Source of the DNA: Piromyces finnis finn
Taxonomy: Eukaryota; Fungi; Neocallimastigomycota
DNA length: 64,000 nt
Direction: 5' to 3'
Assembly (NCBI GenBank): GCA_002104945.1
Contig: MCFH01000011.1
Coordinates: 1,011,364-1,075,363 of the forward strand
The position numbers and the translations under genes are program-made. Below, in pieces: positions 24,701-35,360 of this stretch; within the stretch, counting starts at the first letter, position 1; each line of letters opens with the position of its first letter. A model generated the notes under the pieces. It was not told where the DNA came from and did no database searches. It worked only from the letters and a program-made list of their open reading frames with translations.

Positions 24701-26174
24701 TTTTAATGTTCTTCGCCCTGAAAACTTTTGTGCCATTGTGACTTCTGTTTCGTCCATTAGTGATTCTTTTCTTTCCGAATATATAAATGATGACTTTTAC
24801 AATAAAACCTGTGAATATCTTGATTGTAGGAAACCTCCAATACCTCACCCTCAAATTGACAAATTTTCCTTAAGCAATAGTTTTCTCCTTTTTACTGACA
24901 GAATCTATGTTCCTCCTAATTGTCGTCTTTCAATTCTTAAACTCTGTCACGACTCTCCTTCAGCTGGTCATTTCGGAATAAAGAAAACATCTTCTCTTAT
25001 TGCTAGAGACTTCTGGTGGCCTTCTATTTCTTCTGATGTTAAAGACTACGTTCGTTCTTGTGAAGTTTGTTGTCGTTCAAAAACCTTTCGTCATAAACCT
25101 TATGGTCTTCTGAATCCTCTTGATATTGCTGAGCGTCCTTGGTCATCCATTTCAATGGATTTCATTACAGATTTGCCTTCATCTTCTGGTTTCACTTGCA
25201 TTCTTGTTGTTGATCGTCTTACAAAAATGGTTCATCTCATTCCGTTCAAAAGTATTCCTTCCGCCGCCGAAACAGCCACAGCCTTTATTGATAATATTTT
25301 CCGTCTTCATGGCCTACCTGAATCTATTGTCTCGGATAGAGGTTCTCAATTTACCTCTAAATTCTTCCAATCCATCTGTTCCTCCCTTGGCATTGAACTT
25401 AAGTTGTCTACTCCATTTCATCATCAATCAAACGGTCAGACGGAGAGGGTGAACTCCGTTATAGAACAATATTTAAGATGTTTCTCAAATTATAAAGGTT
25501 CAAATTGGAAAAGTTTTCTTAGTCTTGCAGAATTTAGTTATAACAACGTGGTTCAAGAATCATCCAAATTTTCTCCATTCTTTTTGAATTACGGCTTTCA
25601 TCCAAAATATTCACCAGTTATTCCAGACCTATCTAAAGTCCCAAGAGCAGAAGAGTTTACAAGAGATTTTAAAACTTTAATTAATACCTTAAAAGAAAAT
25701 TTAAAATCTGCCATGGAAACCCAGAAGAAGCATGCTGACAAACGTAGAAAAGAAGCTCCGAATTTTAAAGTTGGTGACAAAGTTTGGCTGGATAGTTCTT
25801 TAATTATCCACAAAGGAAATAAAAAATTTAAGCCAAGAAAACTCGGCCCATACAAAATCTTGGAAAAAATATCAAATGTTACATTTAAATTAAGTCTCCC
25901 AAAATCTATTAAGATTCATCCAGTTATTCATGTATCCAATCTCGAGAAATATGTCGAAGATAAATTTGGAAGATCTCAACCACCACCGCCACCTATTACC
26001 GTTGACAATGAAGAAGAATACGAAGTTGAAGAAATTCTGGATAAAAGAAGACATTACGGAAAAATACAATACCTGATTAAATGGAAAGGGTATTCAATCA
26101 ATGAAGCTTCGTGGGAGCCTGAAGAAAATCTAAATTGCAAGGGGCTACTTAAAAAATTTAATAGAAAGAAATAA
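21735..26174 (+). CDS. gag-pol: Gag-Pol polyprotein (Gag, CCHC, PR, RT, RNase H, IN, chromodomain), 1479 aa
   Basis: [35 protein letters not shown] integrase, C-terminal [10 protein letters not shown]...YLIKWKGY...SWEP chromodomain. Confidence 0.97.
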   Translation: MEENENNHMDNNNIFENATLKDGFAGDRRYLKGFLAKVELVFMLYPERYQDDATKILYIISRLYGDAMNWAATLINNHDPCLNNYQAFVDRFKAFYGYNDATYVANQMLRTLKQRRLGGIRGYILEFNRYADESNWNEQAKMDAFIAGLNQQVAVRILEMFPGPRDLLSLQTIASRIDSRLSTHHTFFPSGSNNDQNRKKRSFHHSSKITKSITNRNNHGPISNEEKERRKKENLCVYCGASSHKLNNCPKRKNKDRENPSLISIPTLISAPKEENKTHNKMTTKFKLSYELNTDILIDSGSKLNLIDVDYCNDNNIPYHDDGNLPNIVGIGGRQSLFGITSPLNLRYKDHLCRTQFYVTDLPYYPCILGIDWLKEHNPSIDFTKNKISFVSDYCYNRCITLSNNVSEFPEERSAFPAMEDPSYEPPHDSFAYPIFVDKQNIQSQNETNRTCTILCSGSSKNINNSVSKKSSVNFSTSSLSNQEPTSVLTSFSDSNIHSNSILKSDSNSKSEPNSSIILPDVLSDFADVFNESNAEKLPPHRPYDCEIKLKENSKLFYGPIYPLTETESIALEEYIKENLKKGFIRKSKSPAGAPILFVPKKNGQLRMCVDYRQLNSITIRDSYPLPLIQDMLEHLGKGKIFSKLDLRSAYNLVRIKSGDEYKTAFTCKLGHFEYCVMPFGLKNAPAVFQHFINDVLEDVLGKFAFSYIDDIIIFSSDYKSHISHVKTVLKLLRDTGLYAKLEKCEFFVSFIDFLGHRISTDGIHMDPNKVSSILNWPTPSNVKEVQSFLGLANYYRRFIPNFAKIAHPLHKLLKKNVKFVWSKEAQDAFDSLKSLFVSAPVLIFPNRELPFIVETDSSNFAIGAILSQVSPIDNMTHPVAFFSRSLTGPERNYPIYDKELLAIVAALETWRHLLKGSSSTFKIYSDHRNLLYQKKPEKMSQRLVRWALFLSEFNFVIIYRSGSSNGKPDALSRRPDYAINSNSSSDVPFNVLRPENFCAIVTSVSSISDSFLSEYINDDFYNKTCEYLDCRKPPIPHPQIDKFSLSNSFLLFTDRIYVPPNCRLSILKLCHDSPSAGHFGIKKTSSLIARDFWWPSISSDVKDYVRSCEVCCRSKTFRHKPYGLLNPLDIAERPWSSISMDFITDLPSSSGFTCILVVDRLTKMVHLIPFKSIPSAAETATAFIDNIFRLHGLPESIVSDRGSQFTSKFFQSICSSLGIELKLSTPFHHQSNGQTERVNSVIEQYLRCFSNYKGSNWKSFLSLAEFSYNNVVQESSKFSPFFLNYGFHPKYSPVIPDLSKVPRAEEFTRDFKTLINTLKENLKSAMETQKKHADKRRKEAPNFKVGDKVWLDSSLIIHKGNKKFKPRKLGPYKILEKISNVTFKLSLPKSIKIHPVIHVSNLEKYVEDKFGRSQPPPPPITVDNEEEYEVEEILDKRRHYGKIQYLIKWKGYSINEASWEPEENLNCKGLLKKFNRKK

Positions 26175-26486
26175 AAAATAGTTAAAAAATTCAAATTATA
26201 TTTATTATTAATATTAAAATCACAATTATTATTATTATCAAAACTTATTAATATCATTATCAATATCAATTTTATTATTAAACAATTTATTAATATCAAA
26301 TTTATCAATATTTTATTTTTAACTTTAGTAATATTAAAAAAAAAAAAAAATGTATTTTATTATATTAAATGTATTTTTATAATTAAGAAAATTCACTCCT
26401 TAGTTTAGTTTATTAAAAAAGAAAAACATATATTTAAATATTAAAATTCTAGATTCGTCTGGTATCCGAATCCTGGAGGAGGACCA

Positions 26487-26925
26487 TGTAATGAATACTA
26501 GAAATAACTAAATTGTCTTAGTGGTTAGTAGCTAAGACTTTGAGTCTGAATGACACTAGTTCGAGACCTCATAGATACTATTTTAAAAAAATTATAATTT
26601 TATTTTATTTTATTTTATTTTTAAATTTTATTTTATATGAAGATTATTGATTGGTTAAGAATTTTAAGTTGAAAAAATTTTATAAATTAATTTAAAAAAT
26701 TTTTAGTATAAATACGAGTGAATTTTCCCAAATATTTTAAAGAATCGAGATTTTATTAATAAATAATTATATTATTAAACACTAACTTATTAAGTTAAAT
26801 TCTATGTGTTTTTAATGATATTTTTATAAATTAATAATTTACAGAATATTTTAAAGTGTTAATATTACTAAGTTATTTAGTAAATATTATAATTTGTTTT
26901 ATTGTTAAAGACACATTTCTTTACA
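26487..26925 (+). repeat. 3' LTR of element 2
   Basis: Direct repeat of 20405-20843. Confidence 0.97.
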
Positions 26926-27468
26926 GTTAGTATAGTTTTAAAAATAAATAAATAAATAAATAAAAATTATTATTAAAAATAATTAGTTTAATTGTTAGTT
27001 TAGTGTTGTATACAAACCTGAACTTTAGAATATTTTACAATTTTCCAACTTGATAGTATAAAAGTTCACCTTTGTATACATAGTGATAATTGAAAAAAAA
27101 AATTAATAATTAATTATAGTGAGAATTTAATAATAGATTAAATTCGGGGATTATATAAAAAATATTAATAATAAAAAAAAAAAAAAAAAAAAAAAAATTT
27201 TTTTTGTTAGAAATTAATTTTAGTTAATTTCGGGGTATTTTAAAATTATTTGGTATAGAATAATTTGTTGTTAAAATAGTTTAATAGTTAATAATTAATA
27301 AATAGTAATAATATAAAAATACTAGTTTAGTTAATAATATATAATACATTATTTGGTTTTAGTTATTAATAAGAAAGTTTAAAATAAGTATAGAAAATAA
27401 AGTTGAGCAAATTAAATAATTGGGATATTAAATATTGGTTGACTATTTGTTGTTTATTAAGTAGTAAT

Positions 27469-30400
27469 ATGAGTACTAGATATAGAATGTTAGACAACCG
27501 TGACGATGGAATAGCTGGAGTCAGTGACGCAGGCTCTGAGGCGAGTTCCATGATGGATATTGAGGATGAGACTGGTAAAAGCGTTAACACCAGGGGAAAA
27601 CTCATCCCAAAACCTCCAAGATTTTCGGGAAAAAGAAGTGAACTTCTTTACTTCCTGGCAAGATTGGAGAAATACTTTAAATATAACTTGGAAGAAGATG
27701 CTACCGACGCCTACAAGCTGGATATCTTGGGATGCTACCTGGAAGGAACCGCCGCCGAATGGTTTGCCGACTTAGAAAGAGAAGAAAGCCCCCTGTTGAA
27801 CTCTTACGAAGACTTTATCGAGGCAATGAAGGCTCGCTACAAAACTTGCAACAGTGCCGATGTAGCCAATAGTCGACTTGCAAAATTGAAGTCAAGTCAA
27901 TTCAAGAACGTCATGGACTACTGCGAAGAATTTGAAAAGATGGCTAGAGACTCGTCTTTTAACGATGAAGCGAAAATCCATTTCTTTATGGAAGGTTTAC
28001 CAACTTCAGTCAAGGAAAAAGCTAAGCTCCTTTACCCAAGAATTAGGAAGTTAACTGAGTTAATTAATGTCGTTGCTGCCAATATAGAATTAGAATGGAA
28101 AGTCTTTGGAAAAGATCCTATGGATGTCGACGGAAAGAAGAACCGAAGATATAACAGAGACTTAGGATCAAGGTACCTCTCTTATGGTGTAAAATATAGA
28201 AATTATATAGACCAAGAAAGCCCCACTACCTCAGTTAAACCAAGAAAATGTTTCTTCTGCAAAAGGACTGGACATGTTAAAAAGGATTGTCCTCAACTTA
28301 AGGATAAGGTTATAAATAGACCAAAAGCATTCATGGCTACTACCGCTGGAAGAAGAATGTTAAATGTTTACGATATTCTGTTACAAGTTAATAATGGTGT
28401 TTATCTTAAGGCTCTTGTGGATTCTGGTTCGGACTTAGACTTTTTGGATTGGAAGGCTGTTGATAAGTACAAGATTCCATTCCAAAGAATGTTTAAGGAT
28501 AAATATGTTGAAGGTATAGGTGGTAATGGATTTTTGAAGTATGAAACAATTCCTTTGATCATGAATATCAAGAATCATAAGGAATCCATTCAATTCTACC
28601 TTACCGATCTTCTTTCTGGTATTTCTGTTATTTTGGGTAAGAATTGGTTAAGAAAACATGATCCTACAATTAGCTTCAAGGATCAAACTCTAGAATTTAA
28701 GTCCAAATTCTGTTCTTTAAATTGCTGTGCTACTCCAGAAGAAATGGAAAAAAGAAGCAAAGAAGAAGAATTGTCCAAGGAAGAAGAAAGAAGAAAAGAG
28801 AAGGAACTAGTACAGGAAATACTCAATAATTATAAAAATAGTTTAAAAATTAGAGATAGTGAAATTAAGAACAAAGAAAATATAAAAATTATAGATAAAA
28901 CTAAAAATACATGTATTAAAAAGAAATGTAGTAAAAACTTAAAATTAAATAAAAGGAATGTTCAAAAGTATATTGTATGTAGTGTTATTTCAAATGAAGG
29001 AAATAAAGGTGAAGATGTGGAAGAAAGTGTTGTAGAAATTCCTGATGTATATAAGGAATTTGAAAGTGTATTTGATGAAGTTGAGTGTAATGAACTACCT
29101 CCACATTGAATATACGATTGTAAAATAAGATTGAAAGATAAAGATAACTTATTTTATGGTCCGTTATACCCTTTGACAGAAGAAGAAAGGAATACGTTAA
29201 AGGAGTATATTTCTGAAAATCTAGAAAAAGGATTTATTAGACCGTCTACTTCACCTGCTGGAGCACCTGTATTGTTCGTTAGGAAAAAGGATGGGACTTT
29301 AAGATTGTGTGTTGACTACCGAAGACTCAATGAAAACACAATCAGGGATTAATATCCATTACCTCTCATATCTGAATTATTCGATAGATTAAGAGAAGCA
29401 AAAGTCTTTACTAAACTTGATCTCAAGTCTGCTTATAATCTAGTTCGAATAAATGAAGGTGATGAATATAAAACTGCATTTAGGACAAGATTTGGTCACT
29501 TTGAATATCTTGTCATGCCGTTTGGGTTGAAAAACGCTCCTGCAACTTTCCAACATTTTATCAATGATGTTCTCGGGGAATACTTGGATGAATTCGCTTT
29601 TTCTTATATTGATGATATTCTTATCTATTCGAAAAACTTAGAAGAACATCGAAAGCACGTAAAGAAAGTTCTTCAAAGATTAAAAGAAAATGGTTTATAT
29701 GCAAAACTTAGTAAATGCGAATTTGAAACTTCAGAAACTACTTTCTTAGGGCATGTTATCTCAGATAAAGGAATCTCTATGGATCCAAAGAAGGTTAAAG
29801 CTATTATGGAATGGCCTGTACCAACATCTGTTAAAGAAGTGCAATCATTTATCGGATTATGTAATTATTATAGAAGATTTATTCCAAACTTTGCTGGTAT
29901 TGCTAAACCGTTACATAATCTAACAAAGAAAGATGTTAAATTTCATTGGTCAGGAGAATGTAATGAAGCTTTTTGTACTTTAAAGAAATTCTTTACCGAA
30001 GAACCAATTTTAATTCATGCTGATCCTGAATTACCTTTTGTGGTTGAGACAGATGCAAGTAATTTTGCAATTGGTGCTGTATTGTCTCAAAGGTTACCGA
30101 ATAATAATGAACTTCATCCAATTTGTTATTATTCAAGAGGATTGACTAAATCGGAAAAGAATTATCCTATTTATGATAAGGAACTTTTGGCTGTTATTGA
30201 AGCTTTGAAACAATGGAGACACTACTTAGAAGGAGCCAAGCATCAATTTATGATCTATACGGATCATAAAAATCTTACCTTTCCTAGGAAGCCTGAACTA
30301 TTGTCGCAAAGACAAATTCGCTAGAATTTGTTTTTGACCCGTTATGATTTCAAAATACAATATAGACCGGGTAAAGAAGGTGGAAAACCTGATGCTTTTT

Positions 30401-31971
30401 CAAGACGTCCTGATTATGAAGAAGATAAAAGTAACAAAGAAGACAAAGAAGCCTATTCTTGCTTGACAGTTAAAGAAATCGAAGATACTTTATGTCTTGT
30501 GTCTATTCAAGGGAATCTCAAAGAAGATTTGATTAAAGAAATTAAAGAAGATGAAGAAATTAAGGAGTTAATAAATATTCTACAAGGAAAATCTACCGCA
30601 AGTAAGAAGTATAAGAAGTTAATGAAGAATTTTAAGTTAAGCGAAGAAGGAATTCTTTTGTATAAAAGTTTAATTTATGTACCAAAGAAAATGAGAGATA
30701 TAATAATCTCAATGCATCATGACAATCCAATTCATGGTCATTTTGGTATTATTAAAACAAAAGAATTAATTACAAGAAACTTTGTTTGGATAAACATGAC
30801 TCAAGATATAGTTAAGTTTATTGCTTCTTGTAAAGTTTGTGGAGCTGCTAAGGTTGATCGTCATAGACCTTATGGACTTTTACAGCCGCTACCAACTCCT
30901 GAAAGACCGTGGTCTTCTGTTTCTATGGATTTTATAACTGATTTGCCAAAGTCAAAGGAAAAAACAGTTATAATGGTTGTTGTGGATAGATTAACGAAGA
31001 TGGCTCATTTTATTCCGTTTAGAATGATTCCGACTGCTCAAATTGCCGTTGATGTTTTCTTTAGAGAAGTTTTTCGTTTACATGGCCTACCTGATGAAAT
31101 AATATCGGATCGAGGAACCCAATTTACTTCTGAATTTTGGCAAAGATTGTGCACTTTGTTGAACATTAAGCACAATATTTCGAGTGCTCACCATCCTCAA
31201 ACAGACGGGCAGACTGAACGTGTAAATAGTATATTAGAACAATTTCTTAGATGTTACATTAACAAAAGAAAAGATAACTGGATGAATCTTCTGCCTTATG
31301 CCGAATTTGCGTATAATAATACACTTCAGCAATCTATAAATCAAACTCCATTCTTTGCAAATTATGGGCAAAATCCAAGATTTAATACCGATATTCCTGC
31401 TGATAGTGACAACAGAAGAGCTAACAGGCACGCCTCTCAGATGCAAGATAATATTAAATTTTTAAAGAAGAACTTAGAAAAAGCCAAGGAAAGATATAAG
31501 AAATACGCCGATTGTATTAGACTTATTGGACCTAAGTTAAAGGTTGGTGACTTAGTTTGGTTAAAGCGTCCTGATTTACTTCCGAAAGGACCTCCAAAAT
31601 TAACAAATAAGAAACTTGGACCATTTAAGATTATTGAGAAAACAGGACCTGTTTCTTATAAATTGGAACTACCAGAAAGTCTAAGATGTCATCCCGTTTT
31701 TCACATTTCGAACTTAGAACCTTTTGTTGAAAGAGAAGTTGAAGTGAATGAATCAACTTCTAGAATTCCAAACATTGCTACTGATTCTACTGAAGGAAGA
31801 ATTCCATTGAAGATTGTTAGTGAAAAAGTTGTTAATGGAACCAAGTACTACTTTATGGTTTGGAAAAGTTTATTACCTTCAGAAAGTACATGGCTTAGAG
31901 AAGATGAAATCGAAGACCCTCAGTTGATCCAGGAATACCTTAAACATAAGTCGCTCAGGGGCTCGACTTAA
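27469..31971 (+). pseudogene. gag-pol: Element F gag-pol: one frame with three in-frame stops
   Basis: ORFs 27403-29109, 29131-29352, 29515-30324 and 30328-31971 share one frame. Stops replace conserved R, S and W codons. CCHC, VDSGS, YIDD, integrase and a divergent chromodomain-like tail are present. The likely start ATG is 27469. Confidence 0.92.
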
Positions 31972-31982
31972 GAAGAGGGGCA

Positions 31983-32758
31983 TGTAAAATATTGTATTAA
32001 TAGAACAATGTATTAATACGTATTTAAAATAATGTATAATGTATTAAATTAATGTACCGTAAATTTTATTCTTTAATTACAAAAATTTATATCACAATAC
32101 ATTAACATAAATTTATGTAAAATTTAATTTTAGGATAAGATAAAGTTTTTGATGATAAAATAAAATTTTAAATTAAATAAATTTTAACCAATAAATATTT
32201 TAGATAATAAAAAAAATTTTTTATAAACTAAGCCTCAAAATTAGAAATAAATAAATTGAATATATGTTTGAAATATAATCAACCATATAGTAAATAAATC
32301 AAAACTTTATTTTAAGTTTAGAAAATTCTTTAGTAAATAAATTGAATTTAAATAGTTTAATACAAATAATTTCTTTTAATAAATGTATAAATGTAAACAA
32401 TGTAAAATTATAATATTAAAACATGTATATTAGAATTTATTCAATTTATTTAAAAGGTATAAATAAAGAAAATTTTTCAACTATTGAAACGATAGTTGGA
32501 AAATCGTATAGGTTAATTTTGTTTAGATAAATTAACATTAGTTTATAATTAGTTTAGTTGTTTTTTTTAATAATAAATATTGATTACCTAGTGAGGGCTC
32601 TGGTAAAATATCCTTCACGGTAAAGTAATCAACGGTTGTTTTAGTTTAATTATTTTAAAATAGTTTAATAAATAAAATATAAAAATTAAAAATAATTTAA
32701 AGTGTAGTTTAGTCTATTGAGTGTATACAAACCTGAACTTAGTTTAGAATATTTTACA
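31983..32758 (+). repeat. 3' LTR of element F
   Basis: TGT...ACA after the PPT, homologous to 19676-20404 and 8412-9226. Confidence 0.92.
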
Positions 32759-32760
32759 AA

Positions 32761-33213
32761 AAACAGATTAACCTTAGATGCCAAGATCTAAAGGAAGTTT
32801 TAGAGAAAAGAGAACAATTTAGTTCAGAAATAAAGAAGGTTAAAGATGAAATACAATTATTACAAACAGGTAGCACTCAGGGCGAAACTAAAAGAAAATT
32901 TGATAAACTTAATCAAAAAATAAATGATTTAAGATATGACCTTAATCCAAAGGCTAAAAGAATCGAACTTACTAGAAAAGTAAATAACTCGGAAAAACAG
33001 ATTACAGCTCAATGGAAAGAAATAGAAACTCTCAAGAGCATCATGGAAAGAATCGATAAAAGAATATCCGCTATAATTATAGATAACGAATTGAAGGAAG
33101 TTTTTCCCGCTCCGGAAACGGCAATTAATAATAAAATCAAGAAAAGAAGATTATCGAACTTTCAAAGTGAAATAGACTTAACCAATGAGCATAAAGAGAA
33201 ATCACAAGAATAA
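32761..33213 (+). pseudogene. 5'-truncated ORF, 150 aa, coiled-coil-like, function unknown
   Basis: My translation KQINLRCQDLKEVLEK...EHKEKSQE* is stop-free for 150 codons with higher GC than the flanks. It is cut off by the F LTR. Confidence 0.6.
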
Positions 33214-33757
33214 ATATATTAAAAATAACTCTTTTAAATTAGTCAATAGCTTATATTTTAAACATAACTTTAATAACCTAATTAGTAATAGATAAAAAAT
33301 AATCGAATAGTTTAAAATAATAATCATGTATAAATAGAATGAAAATGTATTATTTTAAATCTCTAATTTTTTCTAATTTTAAAATACTTTAAATAACTTT
33401 TACACACCTTTATCTACTTACTTACTATTATTTATTGTTACTTATTTTTACTTAAATATTTAACAATTTTATTCAAATTACCTTATACTTACTACATCTT
33501 AATTGTTAAAAAACATATTATTTTAAAATTTGTAATAATCTAAATAAATCTTAGAGTTATTAAATATTAAAACTTTATAATTAAATAAAATAATTTTATA
33601 TTTTAAACTAACAAAGACTTGCAAATGAACAAGTATAAAAATCATTTATTCTATTTTTATTTTCTTATTTATTTTTATTTATTAAATTTTAGATACAAAT
33701 ATTATCACTTTCTATATTCATTTATAGAATTAAGATAATATTTTTCTTCATATCAAA

Positions 33758-34354
33758 TGATAAGCGTTTAATATTATCTTAATTTATAATTGATTAATTA
33801 TAAAAGTGATAATATTCTTATCAATTAATTAATAAGAGAAAAGTGTTTAAAATTAATTTTTATTATAGAATTATTTGAGATATTCTAATTAAACATAACA
33901 ATTATTAACAAAAATATAAAAGTTATGTTTTAAAACACAATTTTAAAATATATTTTTGAATCAACTTTTTATTTAATAAATTTATTAAAAGTATTGATTG
34001 ATTTTCTTTAAATTAGGAAATAATTACATGTATTTATAATTTTCTTTCTATTTTAACTTTTTAAAATAAAATATTAATATGTTTTAAAATAATAATGAAC
34101 AATAAATAAAAATAAACAATTTATTTTAAAGTAATTAGTTTAATTAATATAACACTATTTAGCTATTTAAAATATTATTTATATTATATTTATTTTATAA
34201 TAAAATATAATTTAAACTGAGTTTTAATATATAATTTTATACTTTTAATTAAATATTTAAATATTATTATGATTTATTATTTATTTTAAGTTGTTTTGAG
34301 GATTAGTTTATATTAATATTATAATTTCATATTTATTAATTTCAATTTATATCA
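33758..34354 (-). repeat. 3' LTR of element E
   Basis: Direct repeat of the reconstructed 5' LTR, with TGAT...ATCA termini. Confidence 0.93.
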
Positions 34355-34367
34355 ATTTCTCCCTTCT

Positions 34368-35360
34368 TTAAGAATGAACTTCGTCCCTTGAAGTTCCTAA
34401 AGATTCCTCTCTTATTGTGTAGGGGTAGATGTTTTTGATATGAACGTTTCTTGCTAATAGTTTTCCAGTTTGTGGGTCTTCTAAAACGACAGTATTGTAT
34501 TGTGGTTTCTTTACAACTTTGAATGGCCCATAAAAATAAGGTTGCAGTTTAGTTCTATTGATTAATTTTATCATAACGTAATCTCCTTCTTTATATTTCT
34601 TTTTAAGTGCTTTGGAAAATCCGATTCGATGTTCCCAATATTTATTTGCGTAATCAGAGTATTCCATTGCTTCTTTTACCCATTTGTAGTGTCTTAAAAA
34701 TCTTCTAAAATTGTACTCTTCTTCAGTTTCTTGTTGTTCTTTATATAAATCCGGAAACATGATTTCCATAGGCCAAGTATCACGTCTTCCATATAGCAAT
34801 TCGAAGCTACTAAATTTTGTTTTCGTGCTTTTTGTGGTTCTTAGTGCCCATAATACTGATGGTAGACATTCATCCCAATCCTGCTCATCTTCTATTAACA
34901 TTCTTAATATCTTACTTATCTCCCGATTGCGATTTTCTATCATTCCATTTGAAGGTGGGTGATGTGGTGATACATAGTGCACCCATGATCCGTATAAATC
35001 TATCATCATCTTAGTTACATCCGAAATAAAAGAACTTCCATTATCAGTTATTATTAATTCCGGTGGACCATGACGAGATATTACTTCTGTTAAAAATTTA
35101 ATAATTTCTTCTGATTTAGTATTTGGAATTGCTTTGGCTTCAGGCCATTTTGTGAAATAATCTACTAACGTTATTATGTAATTGTTACCTGATCTGGTAG
35201 TTGGAAGTGGACCGATTATATCTAGTCCGACTTTTGTAAATGGTTTTTCCACTGGTGTGATATGTCTTCTGTATATTTTGGTTGTGGTTTTGGTCTGAAG
35301 AGTTGACATTTCCTGCATGATTTTATCCACATTTTTACATCGTTCCATATTCCAGGCCAA
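34368..35360 (-). CDS. pol: Element E integrase core and C-terminus, separated from pol by a 1-nt frameshift near 35260
   Basis: VGLDIIGP, ITDNGSSF, NGMIENRN, YFYGPF. No chromodomain. Confidence 0.9.
   Translation of the reverse strand: MAWNMERCKNVDKIMQEMSTLQTKTTTKIYRRHITPVEKPFTKVGLDIIGPLPTTRSGNNYIITLVDYFTKWPEAKAIPNTKSEEIIKFLTEVISRHGPPELIITDNGSSFISDVTKMMIDLYGSWVHYVSPHHPPSNGMIENRNREISKILRMLIEDEQDWDECLPSVLWALRTTKSTKTKFSSFELLYGRRDTWPMEIMFPDLYKEQQETEEEYNFRRFLRHYKWVKEAMEYSDYANKYWEHRIGFSKALKKKYKEGDYVMIKLINRTKLQPYFYGPFKVVKKPQYNTVVLEDPQTGKLLARNVHIKNIYPYTIREESLGTSRDEVHS

Larger units (their letters stand above)
20405..26925 (+). mobile_element. Element 2: complete, apparently intact chromovirus
   Basis: Two 439-bp LTRs identical by eye (20405-20843, 26487-26925), TSD GTTAG, PPT GGAGGAGG, a single uninterrupted ORF. 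Confidence 0.97.
19676..32758 (+). mobile_element. Chromovirus-type element F, defective; 5' LTR split by element 2
   Basis: 5' LTR 19676-20404 + 26931-27039, gag-pol, PPT AAGAAGAGGGG, 3' LTR 31983-32758. The LTRs are diverged and the TSD does not match. Confidence 0.88.

Noticed and set aside
29107-30324. In-frame stops in element F as programmed readthrough or RIP
   Set aside because: Three different stops replace conserved residues inside RT and RNase H. There are too few changes, and no copy to compare, to infer RIP.
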